The notes beneath the pieces are model-generated. The model searched no databases. It had not been told where the DNA came from and saw only the letters and a program-made list of their open reading frames with translations. Made by a program: the position numbers and the translations under genes. Shown here piece by piece: positions 33,870-47,158 of a DNA stretch of 64,000 nt. Source of the stretch: Squalus acanthias (taxonomy: Eukaryota); NCBI GenBank assembly GCA_030390025.1, contig CM059431.1, forward strand, positions 124,994,001 to 125,058,000. The letters are read 5' to 3'. Position 1 is the first letter of the stretch. Each line of letters starts with the position of its first letter.

Positions 33870-35530
33870 CTATTCACCCTTGTGCAATCCCTTAGTGCCT
33901 CGCATTACTGTGCTCCTACGAAGTGTTGACCCAGTGGCTGCAGCACGGCTGGTGGAAGACTGTTGAGTGTCCATGCGGGAGGCTTCAGATGGCCTTGCAG
34001 GATTCCCTTGACCAGCTCTGGGCCTGGAAGGCCCGGCTGTAGACTGCACAACCTCAGCATGGGCGGCAGCAGTCTGGGCAGGCTGGATGACAGGCAGCAA
34101 CAAGGGCAATGATGGAATGGCAGCAGTGGGAGCAGGAATGATAGCATCGTGAGAGAGGACAGCAGGTTCCTGCTCCACTGACCCACTGCCACTCCCCCGG
34201 GGCAGCACTTCAGCATCCCTAGCAATCTGTTGCAGCACAGATTGCTGGCCTGCTGCAAAACCGTGAAAGCCCTGGTCGACGATGGTAGACCCATGCCACG
34301 ATGGCAGCAGTCAGAGCTTGCGTGGCATCAAGCTGTGACTGCATGAGAGCAGTCTGAGATTGAATGGCACCAACCATAGACTGCATTACAGCACTAAGAC
34401 GTTGTGTCGCTTCCGTCTGTGCTGCAATGGAAGCTGCTAGATCGCCCATCACATGCGGCATCAAGTCTGGGTCGCCAAGGTCTCTCTGGGAGTCTACCAT
34501 CCTTTGCAGACTGGAAATGATGGGCTCCATGGTATGTGCAGAGCCTTGTGCAATGTTGGAGGCAGACTCCTCCACACTCCTTACCATTGCTGACAGGCTC
34601 TCGGGCACCCTTGCCATTGCACCTATCATCTCTGCGTGCATGCCCATCACCCCTCTTCTAAAGGCCTCCCCATCGAGGTCCTCATCTGAGTCCTGTGCAG
34701 CAGAACGTGTGCGTGAACTCACCCTCTGGGGAGCTGGCCTGTGAGCTACCCTTTCCCCCTGGCCTTGCTGCAGCCCACTCGTTCCCGGTGCCTCACCCTG
34801 TGCAGATCCCGCTACTACACTACTCTAAAGAACGCGTAGTGCCAGTATCTGAGCTGGTGCCTGCGGGTGAGACATGCAGTGACAAGGTGTGTTCTTCCTC
34901 CTCCTCCTCCTCTTCTCCCGCCTCGCTCTCAAGGTGCCCTCAGGGACAGGCTGCTCAAGTGCTTGCTCATTATCTGAAAACATAAAGGCACAAGAGTCGG
35001 GTTAAGGTGTGGGGAGGGGGGCAGGAAGGGAGAAATGCATGTATACAGCATGATTAGCTGGAAAGTGTGAAACACAAATGCGGTGAGGGGGAAGTGCAAT
35101 GTGAGGGTGGGTGTAAGGGGTGCATAGTAAGATGGGGAAGTGAATCTGTGCATAGGGAGAGAGGGATGGGGGACAGTGCAAGAGATGTTAGGTTGAGTCA
35201 CGATGTGCAGGAGTAGGGTTAGCAATGCAGAGTGATGGGGATGTGATGACAGGCACAGCAGAATTAAGGTAAGTGAGCTTTTATACTCACTTTTCCAGAG
35301 CACAGGAGATCATTGAACCTTTTCCTCAATTGGACCCAGATGCATCTATACACAGACCTGGCATTGACCTCCTCAGCTATTCGCAGCCAGGCTGCCTTTG
35401 TTTGCTGAGGAGGTTTCCTTCTTCCATCAGTTGGGTACAGGACCTCCCGACGTCCTCTGTCTCCCTCCACAAGAACACGGAGGGAGTCCTCGTTGAAGCG
35501 GGGAGCTGCCTTTTGTTTCTCTGCAGACAT
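33870..35530 (-). pseudogene. Myb/SANT gene: exon 3 (family A) plus exon 1 (other family), exon 2 missing
   Basis: MSAEKQKAAPRFNEDSLRVLV...WVQLRKRFNDLL (35530-35290); exon 3 34974-33870 homologous to copies 1 and 2. Confidence 0.8.
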
Positions 35531-36039
35531 CGTGGTGAGCAGCAGCAGTCAGGAGCACCAGAATCTAACTGAGATCTAATGGGGAAATGGCTCCCTTAAA
35601 TGCATCGGCTGCAAACGCGTCAGCATCTCAGCTGAACAGACCCGCACCTTGTGATCAGGGCGAGTATCCCACACAGCGGGCTTAACTAGGTCAATCGATG
35701 AAAAATAGTATCCGCAGGCCAGCAGCAGGACGGGAACCCGCCCACTACCGTTCCTGACGCAAACCCGCCTCCAGGAAGAAAATCACGGTCACAGAGTGGG
35801 TCGTGGCAATGAAAGGATTTCAATACAAGGATGAGAGTTTTAAAGTTAAGGCACTGGGGTACTGGGAACCAACGTTAGTCAATGAGGACAGGTGTGATGG
35901 GCAAGTGTTGCAGGATAGGATAAGGCAGAAGAGTTTTGGATGAGCTGAGGTGTACAGAGTGGGGAGAATACGACGCCAGCCAGGAGAGCATTTGCGTAGT
36001 CAAGTCTGAAGTAGACAAAGGCATGAATGAGAATTTTTC

Positions 36040-37257
36040 CAATTTTCTCTTAACATATGCAATGGTCTTTGCCTCAATCATTTCCTCTGGAAAAACATTT
36101 TATACTCCAACAATCATCTGTGTAAAGGCATTTTTCCTAACCTCTCTCATCGCTCTCAGTAATAATTTTAAATTGATTCCCCTTCATCACTGACTCTTCT
36201 TTACTAATGTACTTCATGCTCCTATAAACAAAACATTCTGTTGACCTTTTTTAAGGATTTAACTACCTACACTTGCATTTTCTGGGAATTATGTATTTGA
36301 ACTTCCAGGTCTCTTTGTTCACCCACGCCCTTCAGTGTCTTTCCATTAAATATGTACTCGCATTCCTTGTCTTGTTTTCCTGCCAAAATATATTACCTTA
36401 CACTTATCTACATTAAATTGTATCTGCCACCTGTTTACCCATTACTAACCTGGCTAAATCTTTCTGAAGTCTTTTACAATCTGCTTCACCATTTGGAAAA
36501 CCTCTTACTCTTGTGTTATCATCCAATTTTGAGATTGTGGTTCACAATAGCCAAGTCCAATTCACTTATATATACTCAGAACAAAAATAAACCTAGCACT
36601 GGACCCTGGGAACAGCACTTCATACCCTTCACCAGTCTGAGGAACACCCATTTACCCTAGCATTCATCAACCAACTTTCTCACCATTCTGCTACATATCC
36701 TCTTCTACCATATGCCTGAATGTTTGTAACAAGCTTCTTGTGAGATGCCTTATCAAACACCTTCACATAATCCACACTGACTACAGCCACTGCATTCCCT
36801 TTATCTATCCAGTCACTTCTTTGAAACATGACTTGCCTTTAACAAATCCGTGCTTCATTAACCCATGCATTTCTCAATGCTAACTACTTTTATCACAAAT
36901 ATTGATCCAAGTTTATGCACAACTTGCATTAGACTAACTGATCCATAGTTAACTGTTTTAACCTTCTCTCTCTTCTGGAACAAGGGTGTTACATCAGCTA
37001 TCCTCCAGTCCCACAACACAATTTGTATGTTTAAGAAGAATTGAAAAATTGAGGCTATAGTCTCTATTATCTCCTTTCGGACCCTCTTCAACAGTCTAAG
37101 ATGCCATAGGACCTGATGGCTTATGTACCTTGAGTTCTACTAATTTTTTAAAGGAGTTATCCTGGAATTACCTTTGTCCATATTTCCATGTCCTCCTATT
37201 GAAGGTCTATGATCTCAGCTCCACTGTCACTTTAAAAAAAAATACAAAGTCAAATTT
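36040..37257 (-). mobile_element. Old degenerate CR1 ORF2
   Basis: DWRIADVTPLFQK...NYGSVSL and GSSARFIF...NELDL remnants. Confidence 0.7.
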
Positions 37258-37630
37258 GGGGCGATTTTCTGACGTCTGAGGAGGCGGGTTTTGAGGCGGG
37301 AAAGGCGGGAAAACCTGAAACAACGAGGGCAGGTTCGGAACCCGCCTCCAACCTGCCTCCGCGGGATTTTGCCGGTGCCGGTTTTGCTGGTCGGGAAACG
37401 GTCCCTCCTCCAGCTGGCCAGAATGCTTGTTAAGAGGATTAAATGCTCGTTAAGGGCCTTTCGAAGCCTATTTTGAGAGGCCCTCATGATTTTGCGACCA
37501 TTTCGGCGTGTTCCACGACCCTCCTAAACCACACCAGCTAAACCTGGCGGTTAACTCCTCACAGCTGCAGGTCCAACATTAAATCGTTTAATTCACAAGG
37601 GATTAGTTGCAGGTGGCAGAACTTTAATTT

Positions 37631-39349
37631 TGTAAGGTTTCCAAAATTTGCAGATCCCCAAAACCTAAGGAAAAAGGACTTTGGAACTACCTCAGAGTGA
37701 TAAAAATGCATTTGGGCCTAACCTAAGGAATATAAGACCAAAACCCAAGTTTTGGCATTTTAAAACTATGTCTGGGCCTGTAAAGGGAGAAAAGGCTGCG
37801 AAGGAAGTTGAGAACGACCTCTGTAAAAGCAGTTTTGGGTATTGCAGTTAATTGCATTGTCTGGGGAACGGGGATGATCTCACTCAAAGCCTCAGCACGC
37901 AGTAACATTTTGACAATAGACCCTAGGAGGAGACAGTCCCACCCAAAATGACAGGTCCCATCAAACCGATTACAGGGCCCATCAAGAAACATGCATAATA
38001 CAGAGAACCCAGGACTAGGCTATAGATCAGCCTAGGAACCCAAAACACAAAACCCATCACCAGCAATCAGCCAAGAAGATCGACAGGATGCAAACCATCC
38101 CAGAAACCCATTTGACACTTAGAGCAGTTACTGGTAGCAGGCCCGCCAAATTCAGACAATGAACTGAACAGATTTGGCGGGTAGATAAGGCCATATTTCA
38201 ATAGGTCAGATTGAAGGCCTGTTAATACCCAGTTAACGTGCTCGTAAATCATTACCGATTTATGAGCCCACCAAAACTAGACAATGAACTGAACAGATTT
38301 GGCGGGTAGATAAGGCCACTTCAATTCTGTATAATTGAAGGCCCTCCAAGCACACACCAAGCGGAAAGGAGAGCTAGCAAGAAGAGGAGAGAAGTAACAC
38401 AGTTCAGCGTTCGTTGGGTCGAGCAGTCAGTCGCAACCGGTGGTCATCAGAAGGAGGAGAGACCAAGAAGAAGAAGGCCCGAGCTGGAAGCGAGTCGGCA
38501 TCGCTCACCACTCAGCAACACCTGAGTCCAGCTCGCGAAGACACCACCTCGACGGACCCCCAACAACGGCCCTAACACAGTCACCCGGAGCAACAAGCAG
38601 CAACAAGTCACCGACAGCTCCACGAGGTCGACCGACACATTAAACAAGGCCTAAAGCCATCGCGGAGACCAAAGGTCTCACAAAACCAACAACCGCGCAT
38701 TACCCCCAACTGACCGGGTAATCGCAGGCCACCGCGACCAACAAAAACCAACTCCAGGGAAGAAAACCCGAAGAATCGCAAAGTTTCCACACTACAAACT
38801 ATTCCTGACTTACCCCTGGGTAAGATTTTCCCCAAAGACTTTAAGCCCTACTGTTGAACTAAAGAAATTGGGTACTCACCAGATAAATCCATAACGACAT
38901 CCTACCGCATCAGCGGACTCGCGAAGACTCACCAGACACCCAGGTGAAGTCCTCTACTGCGTACGGGGTACGGCAAACACTAACCACCATAAACAGCGAA
39001 CCTCAAAACTGCGATTTAGCCCAACTGTCAAAGGATTGGTGAGCATTATCCCTGGTCCTTCGAAACCTAACTTAGCTAGTAAAGTGGGGTTGGGAGGGGT
39101 AAAGTATTTTTCTACTGTCATTTCCCTCGCTTGTACCAAAGTGTTCCCCACCTTTAGAGTGATAAGAGTGTTATTATTTGTGTCTTACCTTTTAATAAAG
39201 ATTGAAGTTCTTTCATCGAACTCAGTTGTCTGCTGCACCTTTTGTATCACAACCCCCAAATAAGTCCAAGGTCTAGAACCAAGGGAGTGGGAGCGATTCG
39301 AACCGCTCAGAAGTCAGAGGTAAAGCTGACACAAAACACCACCCCCTAC
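37631..39349 (+). mobile_element. Solo LTR-like element, copy C (different family, about 1.72 kb)
   Basis: TGTAAGG...CCCTACA termini; flanks ATTT / CTTT; AATAAA at about 39194; 3' motif shared with copies A and B; internal 40-bp direct repeat. Confidence 0.75.
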
Positions 39350-39494
39350 ACTTTAAAAGGTCTTTGAGCACTTTTAGAAGGCCTTCTGAAGTCGGAGGTG
39401 CTGCAGCTTGAATCTATCAACTGTGGGACCTCCTTGGAAGACCCTCTCCACGGTTGCAACGAGCGCTTCCCCAACAGAGGCATCTGCAAACAGC

Positions 39495-40833
39495 ATGGGA
39501 ACCATTCGTTTTCTTTCACCATGGACCTCAGATTCAGATGAGGAGCATCTATGGCAGCAGAACCAGGCAGCTCAGCAGCAACAGCAGCAGGAGAGCCAAC
39601 CTCCTGCTCAGGCAGCTCAGCAGCAACAGCAGCAGGAGCCCCAACCTCCTGCTCAGCCACCTGATGGTGCACAGGGCAGAAGGCGCCAGCGCATCTAGGC
39701 ACCTCGCCGCAGGAGATACTCCCGACAGTGGGTTTACAGACAGAGGATGAGCTACCTCAACATGAGTGAGCAGCAGTGCCAAAGGAGGCTGAGACTTTCG
39801 CGAGAGGTTGTCCGAGAGATCTGCGGACTGCTGCAGCAAGACCTGGTGCCCAGAGGAATGGGTGGACACCCCTTACCAGTGGCTGTCAAAGTCAGCACCG
39901 CACTCAACTTCTTTGCCTCAGGCTCCTTCCAGGGATCATCAGCAGACATCAGCAGCATCTCCCGGTCGGCTGCCCACAGTTGCATCACGCAGATTACTGA
40001 TGCCCTTTTTGCTAAGACCCACAATTACATTCAGTTCTCAAGGGGTCAAGCATGTATAACTGCCCATATGGTTGGCTTTGCAAATAGGGCAGGCATGCCA
40101 ATGGTGCAGGGCGTCATAGACTGCACACATGTGGCCCTTAGGGCACCCCATCACAACCCAGCTATCTTTGTCAACCGAAAGGGCTTCCACTCCCTCAATG
40201 TACAGTTCATGTGTAAACACAAGAAGGAGTTCTTGCATGTTTGCGCCAAGTTCTGTGGTAGTTGCCATGACTCTTTCATTCTGCGGCACTCTAGTGTTCC
40301 TCCACTTTTCAATCCGCCAAACCAACTTAACGGATGGCTCCTTGGTGACAAGGGCTACCCCCTGAAGAAGTGGCTAATGACGCCTATCAGGAGGCCAGCT
40401 AACGAGGCTGAAGAGCGCTACAACGCCAGCCACACTTCGACCAGGTCCATCATCGAGCAAACCATTGGCTTGTTGAAGATGCGCTTCCATTGCCTTGACC
40501 AATCAGGTGGAGCCCTGCAGTATTCAACATACAGGGTCTCCAGAATGGTCGTGGTCTGCTGTGCACTGCACAACATCGCACAGCGTCATGGCTTGCAGCT
40601 TCCTGATGAGCAAATGGCTCAATTCCAGCCCTCCTCAGATGAGGAGGAGGAGGAGGAGGAAGAGGAGGAGGATCTGGAGGAGGAGGAGCAGCAGCAGGAG
40701 GAGGAGGAGCAATAGGAGGAGCAGGAGGAGCAGGAAGTCAGGGCGCCGGTGTATCGACCAGCAGCAGTGGCAGCACGCGAGCACGTGGCTGCCCGGGATG
40801 CAAAGGAGGAACTTAACCTGGCCAGATTCGCAT
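39495..40833 (+). pseudogene. Harbinger DDE transposase, frame intact with two in-frame TAG stops
   Basis: ORFs 39408..39698 and 39747..40715 share a frame; [15 protein letters not shown] and IIEQTIG give the D-D-E triad; stops at 39696 and 40713 lie outside the catalytic core. Confidence 0.92.
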
Positions 40834-40988
40834 AAGTTGCCCAAGTTGGCACATGTCCTTGGCTCCATCCTCCTGGCCTCCTTTCACTCAGGCCACCAAC
40901 CTGACAACGCAAGTGTGGCAGAGCCCGCAATGTGGAGCTGCCTAAGGTGAAAGAACAGATGCCATAATGCCAACATTTTGGCATCAAA

Positions 40989-41234
40989 TCATTTTAATGC
41001 TTTCCAACAGGGACGGCATTTCATCAATACACAGAAACATTCTCCCAATCTGCACACAGATCTGGAGGTTATATCCCTTGCCAGCTGCACGCACACAGCC
41101 TTGGTTTCTTTGGGCGGCCTCTTCCTCCAAGATGAGTGGAACGGCACCTCCCTGCTAGCTGTCACCCCCTCAAACAACATTTGCAGTGCCTCATCCGAGA
41201 GCCTCGGGGAGGCCCTTGCCTTGGAATTAGACAT
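40989..41234 (-). pseudogene. Myb/SANT exon 1 remnant
   Basis: MSNSKARASPRLSDEALQMLFEGVTASREV...RKRPPKETKA. Confidence 0.8.
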
Positions 41235-42849
41235 AGTGGTTTCTCAGAATATGTTGCAGGTGGTGCAACATCGGCAGAAATCCAGTGGAATGAGCAAAGG
41301 CAGCAAGAAGCCCTAAAATCAGGCTGGAAAAGTGATGTCAGCAGAGGCGAGTTTCAGTCCCAAAACACTAATTGACCAACGGCAATCCCACACCTCTGAA
41401 ATCAGGGGAAAATCGCATTTTTTTCAAAGCTATCAGTGGAGGCGGGTTTGAAACCCACCCAAACCGAAACTCGCCTCCAACCCGCCTCCAGTGGGAAAAT
41501 CGCCCCTTCTACCTCACTAAGTACAAAGAAATTACTTTGTCCAGCAAAAATGAAAAAGAAATACCCCCTGTAAGAGGCCTACCCCTACAGGCCAGACCTT
41601 CCACAAGCTGTAGTGCTGATTTCAATTGGGTGAGCAGTCCTCCTGGGAAGAAATGGTGAGAATGCTGCAAAATCCGAGTTGCATGATATTTCTTCAGCGC
41701 AGATTGCAGCCAAGTGAAAATTGGGCGCCTGAGCTCGCACGTCTGATTTCATGCTTTATGCTCCCAGCCAATGGACACTGATACAATCAGACTGAATAAG
41801 TCTGTTGGCATACTGGTACATATTGCCTGCACATTATTATAATTACAGCCACTATTGAAATGTTACATCAGTAGTTGGAACTGCTCCTGTCACTGTTATA
41901 GTATTATTAAGTCATTAATGGATGCTGAATTGTACAATTTAGCAAACTGTTTTTTCACATATAGCAACCTGTGTTATAAGATAGCTCAGGCTGATGGATT
42001 GAAAGCCTCCTCTCTAACAGCTATGAGGATTCCAAGTGAAATTATTTTGGGCAGTCTAGTTGTTAGTTGGAATAAATTCACAGCACAAAATGGTTTATAA
42101 TTTAAAATCAATTGGCATTATTGTAAGTGATAGAAGCTACAAGGATAGCTTGTGTGGGAAATAGAAAGCGGATATGGTAAGGGGATGTGGTAAAGTCACA
42201 TTATGAGAGCAGAACAGAGGAAGGTTTGCTCTGTGTCTGAATTGACCCACAGTGCCTGCTGCAAATGCTAGTTGCAGAAGGTTGTAAACTATTCCCACAA
42301 TGCAATTCATTCCCTCCAACCAAAAATACTTAAACAATGAATGAAATTTGAAAAATACTACTTTTAGTAACTTTCATGCCTTTCTGTTTGTTGTTTTTTT
42401 TTTCTGTCTCTCCTGATCTTTTGCCCATTTTTTTAAATGAAAACAGAAAGCTGATGTTATTGTCAGAGGAAGTACTTCCATGAAGATATTGAACCTGTCA
42501 TCAAAAATGAACTCAGAGTAGGTAGTTTTCTCCTGATGTTAATTAGCTCAATAAACTGCCAGCTCTGAATTTCCTCTGACATAAGTAAACATTTAAACAA
42601 ACACATTTCAAAAATAAATGAAAACCATTAAGGGATGTCTGATAATTCTGGTCTAGTTGATTTTGATACATGGTCCTAATGAGATCCTTTTTAATATGTT
42701 GGAACTGAATATTACATTTTTATTTTGTCATGTTACACTGAGCTAATTCCATTTTTAATATGCAAAGTATTTAGCACGATTGCAGGCAGATAGAGTGGTG
42801 TAGCTTATATCCAATTTAACAAATTATGTATTAAATGTGGAACATTTGA

Positions 42850-43972
42850 GTGGTGGTTTCCCAGGCCTTCCTCACGGTTTTCATCTGTGGAGTACCTGAA
42901 TCCAAGGCTAATGTGCCTCTCCTACCCTATACAATGGGGGGAGGGGCACCCACACCCATCGGACGCAAGTACCCTCGCTGGGCGCAAATCCAGCATTCAG
43001 AACTGGCACCCATTTCTGATCTTTCCTAGTCCTCTCCTGCCAGACCTCTTGCTCCTCCTTACTTGTTAAGTGTGACTCATCCAGTGCACCTTTGTCAAAC
43101 TCACTACCTACATTTGCCAGAATGCCATTATATGTGCTGGTGCTCAGGGCAATTAAGTGTTTGATGCAATCTGCTATGAAGTGCAAAAATCTATGGTGCT
43201 GCTTCCTCTGTTCTCCTTATCACGAGGATAATCTAAAGGAGGAGAAAATGAGCAAGGTTTTACAATGTAACCCCAGACATTGGCTTCAAAGGCAGGCAAA
43301 ATCATCCTCCATCTCCTCCTCCTCCTCTGAAGAGGCTGTGCGCTCTGCACCTTGCTCCTCCTACAACTCCAATCCTCGCTGTTGCACTATATTGTGCAGC
43401 GCGCAGCAAACTACGATGATTCTGGAGACCCTGGCTGATGCGTACAGAAGGGCTCATCCAGATCTGTCAAGGCATCTGAAGCGCATCTCCAGCATGCCTA
43501 TTGCTTGCTCTATGACACATCTGATGGACATGTTGCTCTCATTATAAAGTTCTTCGGCCTCAGTACTTGGCTTTCTCAAGAGTGCCATGAGCCATGTCTT
43601 CAGTGGCCAGCCAATGTCTCCAAGCAGCCAGCTGATAAGTCTGTATAGAGGTGCGGAAGTTGGCGGGATGACGGCAGGTGACCGTTACGCACTTGCAATT
43701 TCGGTGATTTTTACTGCCGACCTGCCCCCAAACCCACACGCTTAGCAACAGAAAAATTCCGGCCAATGATTCTACCTGCTCCTGGACTGCAGCCTCCTCT
43801 GGAACATTCCCTGCCCAACAGGGAGTCAAGCCTATCAATCAGGCTGGCTTCCGTGTGTGGAACCTGCTGGGACACAATGACTCATTAAATCTGTACAGCG
43901 TGCGGTTCCAGATTTCCTCACCAAAACGCCTTCACTCCGCTCACAAAACCCCCCCCAGTAAATATCAGGGCC
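42850..43972 (-). mobile_element. Internally deleted Harbinger remnant with transposase C-terminus
   Basis: Minus strand about 43545-43300: YNESNMSIRCVIEQAIGMLEMRFRCLDRSG...[11 protein letters not shown]...SSEEEEE. Confidence 0.75.
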
Positions 43973-44233
43973 AAGGACTTGCTGCAAATTACATCAACTG
44001 AAGCGAAACTACCAAACTTCAGCCTCCTCCCTGCATTTCTTAGGTGCCCAGTTGTCATTACTTTTACATCACCCTACCATGGAAACTTGGCCCACACTAA
44101 TGAGAAATAAAAAGATCAATATTTATATAATGCTATTTATACTAATTTTGTGCTCTAAGCTGCTGCTTCCCTTTGGTGACTATAAGGTGCGCTTTTCCTA
44201 ATCTGTGAGCTAAGGCTAGGAGTAGGAGGAACA

Positions 44234-44428
44234 ACAAGGAGTTGATGATCCCTTTAAATAGCATTGTTGGGGGGTCCTTCATGCTGCGTGCCGCGTGTTC
44301 AGCTGTGCGAGGTTATGAGAGGGCGTAGGCTACATCGTAGGGCTCCAAAATTGTGCCGTTGGTGTCAAATCAGCATTGCACGCTGATTGACATCATGATC
44401 TTCCTGCTCTGCATAATTCTGGCGGGCA
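44234..44428 (-). repeat. Inverted copy of Harbinger transposase promoter region (pairs with 44845-45040)
   Basis: About 195-bp inverted repeat including CCCTTTAAATAGC. Confidence 0.85.
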
Positions 44429-44699
44429 GGAGGAACAACTGTGGTGGCAGAGCAATGAATGAGGTGGTCCTTTTTGGGATGATTGTAGCCTTGAACCTCA
44501 GCGTAAAGGATCATGTGATGGCACTGCAACAGCTGGACACAGGTGCAGAAATGCAGTAGCTGCCAGCTCCTAGCAATCTTTTGAGCAGTCTGGCTGAGTG
44601 GTAGGATGTGCAGACACCTTGAGAGGAAACTGCTTCCTCAGACACGTCCCCTGTCATGCCATTACTGCTAGGTATCCTGAAAGTTAGTTGAGAGCAGTC

Positions 44700-47158
44700 A
44701 GTAATTGGGCTCAGTAACGCCCATTTTTGGGCACTACAAGGCCGCTTAAGGTTCCAAAATGTCGTCTGCAACGCGCGCACACACTTCTGATGCGAAGTGC
44801 AGCGGACGCCATCTTGGTAAAGGGGTTAGCGCATGCGCAGCAAATGCCCACCAGAATTATGCAGAGCTGGCAGATCACGACGTCAATCAGCATGCAATGC
44901 TGATTCGACACCAATGGTATAATTTTGGAGCCCTACACTATAGCCTACACCCTCTCATAACCTCGCACAGCTGAACACGTGGTAAGCAGCATGAAGGATC
45001 CCCCAACAATGCTATTTAAAGGGATCATCAACTCCTTGCAGGTTAGTTGTTAGTTTATTTATTCTGGTTGTTGCTGTAATTCTATCAGTTATGTGTGCTT
45101 TCTATAGTTAGTTAAAGTTTCAATAGTCTACAGCAAGTGGTCTGGCAGGTGCTGAAGTACTTTTTTGGTGACTTAAAGACTTGCACACAGTCCAGTTGCT
45201 CCCAGACATGGGTGGACCAGGCGGCATTCCTCTTGACATTGAACATGACTGGAGAATGAGCAGAGGCCACGCAGAGCATGACAAGCTGCTAGAAGAGAGA
45301 TGAGGAGGAGGGGGAGAAGGGCTCTCAGCAGGAGGTCATATCTGCAGAGTGTCTTTAGGGAGCAGATCTGTTGGGGAACAGATTGCTGGAGTGCTGTGAT
45401 GCCCTAGAAGCTACTTTGCGCACTGGTAACCAGAGCCACGATGCCAGCAGTCTGAGCTTCCATGGCAGCAAGCTAAGATTGCATGACAGCAGTCTGAGAT
45501 TCCACTGCAGCATTCAGACTTTGGTAAGACATCAGTCATCAGATGCTACATCATAGTTGGCTCCAGGAGTGTGTTGATGGAGGTGGCCAGCCATTTCATG
45601 GTGGAAAGGATGGGCTCCAAGTTCTGCGCAAAGCCCTGTGCCAAGTTGGTACGGGACTCCTCCATGCTCCTTGACATTGAAGGCAAGCTTTCCGGCAGGG
45701 TTCCCAGTACACCAAGCATTTGGGTGTGTACACCCATCAGCCTTCTTCTGTAGCCTGGTCCATCAAAGTCATCATCTGAGTCCTCTGCAGCAGAACTAGT
45801 GTACAGCCTCACCTTCCGGCGAGCTGTCATCTGCGCTATCCTTTCCTCCTGCCCTGGCTGCTGTGCATTTGTGCCCAGTGTCTCACCACATAAAGATCCC
45901 GCCTCTATGCTATCTTCTAAATTATGTGCAGTGTCAGTATCTGAGCTGGTGGCTGCGACTTTGACATCGAGTTATGGTGTCTCTTCATCTTCACTGTCTT
46001 CTTGCTCTTCCCCTACTCCCTGGGTAGGTTGCAGTTTGTGGGTATGTGAAAGGAAAAAGGGACAAGGGTAGGGTTGTGGTGAGGGCAGAGGAGAAAGTAA
46101 GAAGTGCATGCTTATACCATCAGCAGGTTCTCTGTCAGGAGAGATTGTGGGATGAGTGAGCAGTGGGATGAGAGAAGGAGGATTAGGTAAGTGGATACGC
46201 TTATCTTCAAAGGCTTCAACCCTGCCAGTGGCCACGGCCTCAACAGTGGCCCTTCCCATAATGGCTATCTCCTCCATGGGGTTAGAACATGCAGGCGTGC
46301 CTCTCCCCCACTGGTAAGTTTCTGCTGCCTTTGGTTATGCGCCACCTTCTCCTGCAAGAGAGAGCGAAGTGTGTCAGGGAGTGTCGTGTAATATGTACAG
46401 GTTGGCAGTGTGTGCAAGCTGTGAGATGTGTGTTTGAGGCTTGCAACCGTGCTAACTGTGTGAGGGTGAGGGGAAGCATATGAATGTTAGGTATGAGTCC
46501 TGATTGATAGAGATTGTTGGTAGGTGAGTGATGGGGGTGTGGTGAATTGAGCAGTGTCTGAGGCTAGTGATGCAGTTGGTAGGATATGTCATTTGAAGAT
46601 GCATTCACTAACCTTGACTACTCGTGTGAGGTCATTAAACTTCCTCCTGCACTGTATCCATGTTCTTGGAGCTATACTTCTGGCATTGACCTGCTCCACT
46701 ATCTCTTGCCACTGCCTTCTGAGCATCTGCCTGAAGGGCCTCCAGCCCCCATGAGGGTATAGGACATATCTCCTCCATTCCACCTCTTCCACAAGACATC
46801 CAGTGCAGCGTCCGAAAACCTTGGGGCCCACTCTCTCCCATGATCAGCTATTGTTGCTTTGCACACTAATCCCAATGATCTCAGCACCTCCAGCAGCCAC
46901 AATGCACCTTTCCTTTAAGAGTGCAGGCTAGCTTTAAGAAGTGCAGCCAAGCTTTAAGTATTGCTAGGAATATTGGGCTCCCACTGATGAGTACAGCCAA
47001 TGAATAGTGTGACTGGTGCTGGCTGCACGCAGAAGTCGTTATAATGAGCAGGCAGCATGACGTATGCATCCTGCATGCATTCCACTGAATGGGCACAGGT
47101 TATTCACGAATCGTGATCCCTGCACCCATTTTCAGGGGCTACGCAATTTAACCCCCCC
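44700..47158. mobile_element. Internally deleted Harbinger copy 5 (family C)
   Basis: Transposase N-terminus at about 45208-45365 fused to Myb exon 3; Myb exons on minus (46841 to about 46612 WIQCRRKFNDLTRVVK); right end AATTTAACCCCCCC. Confidence 0.8.

Larger units (their letters stand above)
32041..35790. mobile_element. Chimeric PIF/Harbinger copy 3 (family A left part, different-family right end)
   Basis: Left TIR GGGGGTGGAATTTGGTACC with TAGCGC motifs; right end has CCCGCC motifs and GAAAATCACGGTC; junction near 35085. Confidence 0.8.
37258..41506. mobile_element. PIF/Harbinger copy 4 (family B) with internal solo LTR and internally deleted Myb gene
   Basis: 12-bp perfect TIR GGGGCGATTTTC / GAAAATCGCCCC; flanks TTT / TTC; GAGGCGGG subterminal repeats. 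Confidence 0.9.

Noticed and set aside
39747..40715. Domesticated host HARBI1 gene
   Set aside because: Lies between TIRs with a Myb partner remnant, and has several decayed paralogs in the window.
42448..42520. Plus-strand exon candidate after a polypyrimidine tract
   Set aside because: Isolated, unrecognisable peptide and no partner exons.
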